Of a DNA stretch of 64,000 bases, positions 58,246 through 64,000 are shown one piece after another. Numbering within the stretch: the stretch's first letter is position 1; every line of letters begins with the position of its first letter. Position numbers and translations under genes: made by a program. The notes below the pieces were generated by a model that did not search any database, had not been told where the DNA came from, and saw only the letters and a list, made by a program, of their open reading frames with translations. Origin of the DNA: Eledone cirrhosa (taxonomy: Eukaryota); the NCBI GenBank assembly GCA_964016885.1, contig OZ024761.1, positions 25,544,001-25,608,000 of the forward strand, read 5' to 3'.

Positions 58246-58368
58246 AGCACAATTGTAAATATTGTCAGTTGTAATGCCGCTGTTAATTAAGTGTGATTGT
58301 TCTAGGCAAAATTTATGAAAGTAGACGTATTGAGTGCAAGCAATGCCATTCTAAGAGAGACGACAGGT

Positions 58369-58399
<31 letters not shown>

Positions 58400-58896
58400 G
58401 TATATATATACATGTATTTATATATATATATAATGTATATATATACATGTATTTATATATATGCCTATCTATATACACACATACATATAAATGTATATAT
58501 ATATATACATGTATATATATATATGCATATATATGTGTATATACATACAGAGAGATAGGAGAGAGAGATTGTGAGTGTGTGTGTGTGTTAAAAATGGTTG
58601 ATACTAAGCAGTGCATTTACATTGAAATAACTATAATAAATCTTATAGATTGTTCTCTCTTTCAAATGATGGGAGACAAATAACTGGATATTGGCGCATG
58701 ATAAATATAAATAAATACATATACACCTATATATATATATATATATATCTATATATATATATATGTGTGTATATGGATAGATACATTAGGTTCATGTAAG
58801 GCGTATATACACATATGCATATATACACAAATATATATATATATATATAGATAGATACATTAGGTACATGTAAGGCATATATGCATATATACACAA

Positions 58897-58929
<33 letters not shown>

Positions 58930-59945
58930 TGTATATTTACTCATATATATATACATATATATACACACACACACACACATTCATATATATATATATACAT
59001 ATACACATATATACATATATATATATACATATACACATATATACACATATATACATATACACACACACACATATTTATTCATATATATATATACACATAT
59101 ATATACACATATATACATACACATATATTTATTCATATATATATATATACACATATATACATATATACATATACACATATATATATGTGTGTGTATATAT
59201 ATATATGTATATATGTGTATATATGTATGCAGAAGTTTGGCGCGCAGAGCTGGCAATATTCATTAGTTATGCAAAACAAGACCACAAACTTCACAAAGAA
59301 GACATTATTAAAAGATTGTCAACATATTCAATTTGATGTAATGAATGTAGAGAATAATAATAATAATATTAATAATGTCCTTTTACAATTGTTTGGCTAC
59401 TACATATAATATTTCTGGATCAAATGGCTATATATCATTATTGATCTGGTTCAGTTGAAAATAATTAACATATTTAAAGATAGAGCGGCTCATCGGAACT
59501 TGAAAGGAATATAAATTAAAATAAGGAAAGAATGTTAGACAATGTAATATTCCATATATTGGTATTTCACTATGGTGTCCTGGGTGTATCAACTCTTTGA
59601 CATAATCAAGCAGTATTCTTCTGTCGAGGCTGCATTGTGTGATATGCATATGGGTATGAAGATGGCCACCAATATATACATTATATATATATACATTATA
59701 TGTATACGTTATATATATATATACATTATATATACATACTATATACATACATTATAAATATATACATACATTATAAATATATATATACATTATAAATATA
59801 TACATTATAAATATATACATTATAAATATATACATTATAAATATATATATACATTATAAATATATATATACATTATAAATATATACATTATAAATATATA
59901 TATACATTATAAATATATATATACATTATAAATATATATATACAT

Positions 59946-59977
<32 letters not shown>

Positions 59978-60677
59978 CATTATAAATATATATATACATT
60001 ATAAATATATATGTATATATATATATATATATATATAAATAAAGTTAGTCCTTCATCAGTGATCTTCTAACCATCAGTGGTATTTCATCGCTTTAAAGAC
60101 CATATACCTCTGGTTGTTGCGAGCAACGGCTAAAGAAATCGTTGGGACACGTAAATAAAGGGAACAGCGAGACTGTAAACAAATAAAGATGGTAAAGCAA
60201 CGAAAAGTGAGGAAGAACGATTCAAGTCCGAAATTTCCATGAATATAAGTTCGGTGAAATCGTGAACGAGAGAGAATAAAGACCATCAAACCTGGTTGAA
60301 ATGTGAGCAAGGAAGGAATTCCGCACAGGTCAAACGGGGGGGGGGGAGAAGGAGTCCAGTCCGTGAATTCGGTGAACGTAAGTTCTGTGAAGTCGTAAAC
60401 GAGACAGAAAAAAGGGGAACCGGCCTGGCCAAGCGTGCGAAAGAAAAGAATTACGCAGGGGTCAAACGGGAAGAAGTAGGAGAGGTAGCAACAGAGAGTG
60501 AGTGAGTGAAGGGTGAGGAAGAGGCTAACAGAGAGAGTGACTGTTAGAGAGGATAAATATACAGAGAAATAGGAAGCAGTAAGATCAAAATAGACGGGTT
60601 ACAGCGGGGGAAAATACATGTGTAAATATGAGAATAAACCTGCAACCACGCAGCACGTTTATTCTCATATTTACATG

Positions 60678-60708
<31 letters not shown>

Positions 60709-60709
<1 letters not shown>

Positions 60710-60893
60710 ACGAAGGAAATGTGGTAAGGAACCAAGTGGACCATCACGCACCACAGTACTCAATACTTAGAGTAGTAGAGTTGGTAATAGGAACGAATAG
60801 GACCCCGACGGCTGAGCTCAAGCCGTTTCGACGGCTACTTCCGGACTTAGCCGTCGAAACGGCTTGAGCTCAGCCTTCGGGGTCCTACTCGTT

Positions 60894-60898
<5 letters not shown>
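60709..60898. mobile_element. Family A hairpin element, shorter hairpin
   Basis: Unique arm aacgaaggaaatgtggtaagg..., 51-bp arms 60787-60837 / 60848-60898 with a 10-nt loop; TA tracts both sides. Confidence 0.8.
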
Positions 60899-60968
<70 letters not shown>

Positions 60969-61403
60969 CCATATGAATATCTAGCTATTTGTCTTCCGTC
61001 TTTATATGACTATATTAAGTGAAAAACAACCAGAAAAGTTTATGTTGTTTTCTAATCAAAAATGTTGATGTTTGCAATGCAGGTGATGTCTTATGTTCTA
61101 CTATGTACAGCGTGAAGTGTTGTGAAAAAATTATTTCAATTTAGATGCTGAATCTGTGGCTGCAGGGCATCTTTCGTCTCGTATTGATCAGATTTATTCA
61201 TTTGTTACATTAAAATAATGAATATATAAATATAAATACATGCATACATACATAGATACATACTTACATCTATAGATATACACACGCACACATATACACA
61301 TACGTACAGATATACAGATATACTTAGGTATATATATACATATACATACAAAGATATATGTATCTATCTATATATATAGGGATATATGTATCTCTATATA
61401 TAA

Positions 61404-61449
<46 letters not shown>

Positions 61450-61462
61450 ATATATGTATCTC

Positions 61463-61509
<47 letters not shown>

Positions 61510-61522
61510 ATATATGTATCTC

Positions 61523-61562
<40 letters not shown>

Positions 61563-61580
61563 TAGGGATATATGTATCTC

Positions 61581-61614
<34 letters not shown>

Positions 61615-62010
61615 CATACATACAGAGATATATGTATCTATATATATATATATATATATATACATACATACAGATATATATGCATCTATATATATAAATA
61701 TATATATATATACATACAGAGATATATGCATCTATATATATATATATATACATACAGAGATATATGTATCTATATATATATATATATATACATACATACA
61801 GAGATATTTGTATCTATATATCTATATATATATATACATACATACAGAGAGATATATGTATCTATATATATATACATACATCGATATATGTATCTATATA
61901 TATATATATATACATCGATATATGTATCTATATATATATATATATATACATGCATATATATATGTATCTATATATATATATATACATGCATATATATATG
62001 TATATATATA

Positions 62011-62044
<34 letters not shown>

Positions 62045-62173
62045 CAGAGATATATGTATCTATATATATATACATACATACATACATATATGTAGCTATA
62101 TATATATATATATATATACATACATACATACAGAGATGTATGTATCCATATATACATACATACATACATACAG

Positions 62174-62220
<47 letters not shown>

Positions 62221-62799
62221 CACATATATATATATATATACAGATATATATATATACACACACAGGCATTATATATACATATACATATATATATATATAT
62301 ATATATGTGTGTATGGTGAGTGGGTAACTTTACTGTTTGTACATCTTCAATTTAATTGATTTTGATACAATATAATTTAAATGTTTATGTTAATAGTAAA
62401 TCTCGTTGTTTCGTTGATACTCTTCAGTCTTATGTATACTGCTTCGCTTTTTTCTTTTTTTTTTTTGTATTTCTATGGTTCTTTGTATTTCTATGATTCT
62501 TTGTATTTCTATAATTCTTTGTTTATATTCATCGTTAGATCTCTCCTCCGTACAACCCCGGGCTATGTCTGTCCTGTTATACATTTTCCATAATACCAAA
62601 CCGACTTTTGTATATCTTGTTCTTACAAAATTTAGCAATTTTCTCTCTCGCCTGACCGTTATAAATAAATGTTTGCTGAATCAGACGTTTTGCTTGCGGT
62701 GTTTGCTTATGTTTACCGTTTTCAATATAAACAGAAACAACTTATATCATATAAACATGCGAGTCTCGGCTGAAATGATTGTAGGCTGACATGTAGATA

Positions 62800-63520
62800 G
62801 GCTGTCCAAGATTTTACAGCTCTAGGATTACTCCTTCATAGTTGGACTATGGATATGTCAGTCGACCGTTGTATTTCTAGAAAGTACATACGCTGTCCAA
62901 GTTACTCTCATGGAATAACCAAATGAGATTTATTGTTCAACATAGTCCCTGGAAAGGAACAATACAGTTACTAATAAGAATAGTTGAAATTATTGCTGCA
63001 AAATTGCACAGCTCTAGCATTAATACTTCATAGTCAGTCTATGAATAATTCAGTCGACCTTCGTATTTCTAGAAGATTCATACGCAAAGCAAGATACGCT
63101 CATGGACTGACCAAATGCGGGTTATTTTTCAAAAGGTCCATAGAAAGAGACATTGCTGGTAAGGACAGTGGATTGGCAGTATTGGTAGAACGTCAGGCAC
63201 CGTGCTTTGTAGCATAGAGTTATGGTCCTTTACGTTCTGTGTTCAAATCGCGCCGAACTTAGTAATGCACTGGGGTAATTGCTGGATTTGTGCCAAAATA
63301 AAATCAATTACATGGACAAACGATAATTGTCTAAAAACATTTTAGGCTGAAATATTCATAGGATTTCCAAGATATTCTTATGTAATGATAAAATGTGGTT
63401 TATTTTTCAAAATTTTCTGGGAAAGAAACAATGTTGTTATTATTAATAAGAGTTGAAATTAATTTATGCGAGATATCACAGTTGCAGCATCACTCCACAG
63501 TCAACCTGTGATTTTTTCAT
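62800..63520. repeat. Old, diverged tandem repeat with about 192-bp period, interrupted by a SINE
   Basis: acagctctag at 62816 and 63008; tcagtcgacc...gtatttctag and ctcatgga...accaaatg recur; third partial unit at 63365-63510. Confidence 0.65.
63166..63300 (+). mobile_element. SINE-1 with internal deletion of the core
   Basis: Head and B box are joined directly to agtaatgcactggggtaattgctgg. Confidence 0.7.
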
Positions 63521-63901
63521 TAAGGACATTGGTTTGACAAACCCTTATAGCGTCAGACAAAATGCTGAACTGGGATTGATTTATCCGACATTCCTTTCAA
63601 CCGAACTTGTTGACCCTGTGTTAATCAGAGAACTATTGTATCGACACGTATACATATAAAATATAATTTATTGTAAAAAAATGCAAGTGCCTTTTGTCGT
63701 TATGAAAACGGAATAGAAAAGGAAAGGCAATCACTCTAGAGTCGCACAAGAATGGGGGAGAGGAAAAGAGTGGTGGGCTCATGGTCTATGGCGCAGCAGT
63801 ATTTGGGCAGCGCTTTACGAACAAAACAGCAAAAGCATTCCTGCAGTCAATGAATGTATGATTTTTAAAAACAAACTTTTTAATAATGTAATCCTAGATA
63901 G

Positions 63902-64000
63902 ATGTCCGAGGTTCGTCTGAGGAGAGAGCCTTGCGAGATTAGGTGGCTGTTGCAGCGGATCTCACTGGCCATTGTCCGAGGGATGCTTTTAGCCGTCTTG
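63902..64000 (+). pseudogene. CRE-like (RLE-endonuclease) non-LTR retrotransposon C-terminal fragment
   Basis: Reads ...RREPCEIRWLLQRISLAIVRG, then a frameshifted (N)AFS.VL; resembles the CRE C-terminal motif EPRE..FL.QRIS.AI.RGNA..IL. Confidence 0.55.

Noticed and set aside
59229-59336. Peptide [22 protein letters not shown] resembling a TIR/SEFIR start
   Set aside because: Ends in a stop after about 35 residues with no donor site and a poor acceptor; likely chance unless a profile search says otherwise.

Overview
AT-rich eukaryotic non-coding DNA. The SINE families and the extreme (TA)n/(CA)n/(GA)n load look like an Octopus/coleoid cephalopod genome; this is inferred from repeat content, not from a database search. 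No complete protein-coding gene is supportable, and nearly all listed ORFs are translations of microsatellites. Real content: (1) about 25 copies or fragments of a tRNA-derived SINE with a Deu/Nin-type core, several with clear 10-19 bp TSDs and nested SINE-in-SINE insertions, plus a second SINE family; (2) decayed RTE-clade LINE pieces, one with its RT catalytic motif (NLRFADD) amplified into a 17-copy, 49-bp satellite, and a CRE/RLE-type C-terminal fragment at the window end; (3) several families of short elements embedded in (TA)n tracts. Some carry minimal type I hammerhead ribozymes with a palindromic stem III (a Penelope-like-element hallmark), and some end in copy-specific foldback hairpins. 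Group 3 is the best candidate for an undescribed system: microsatellite-targeted, ribozyme-bearing, non-autonomous retroelements that rebuild a terminal hairpin at each insertion.
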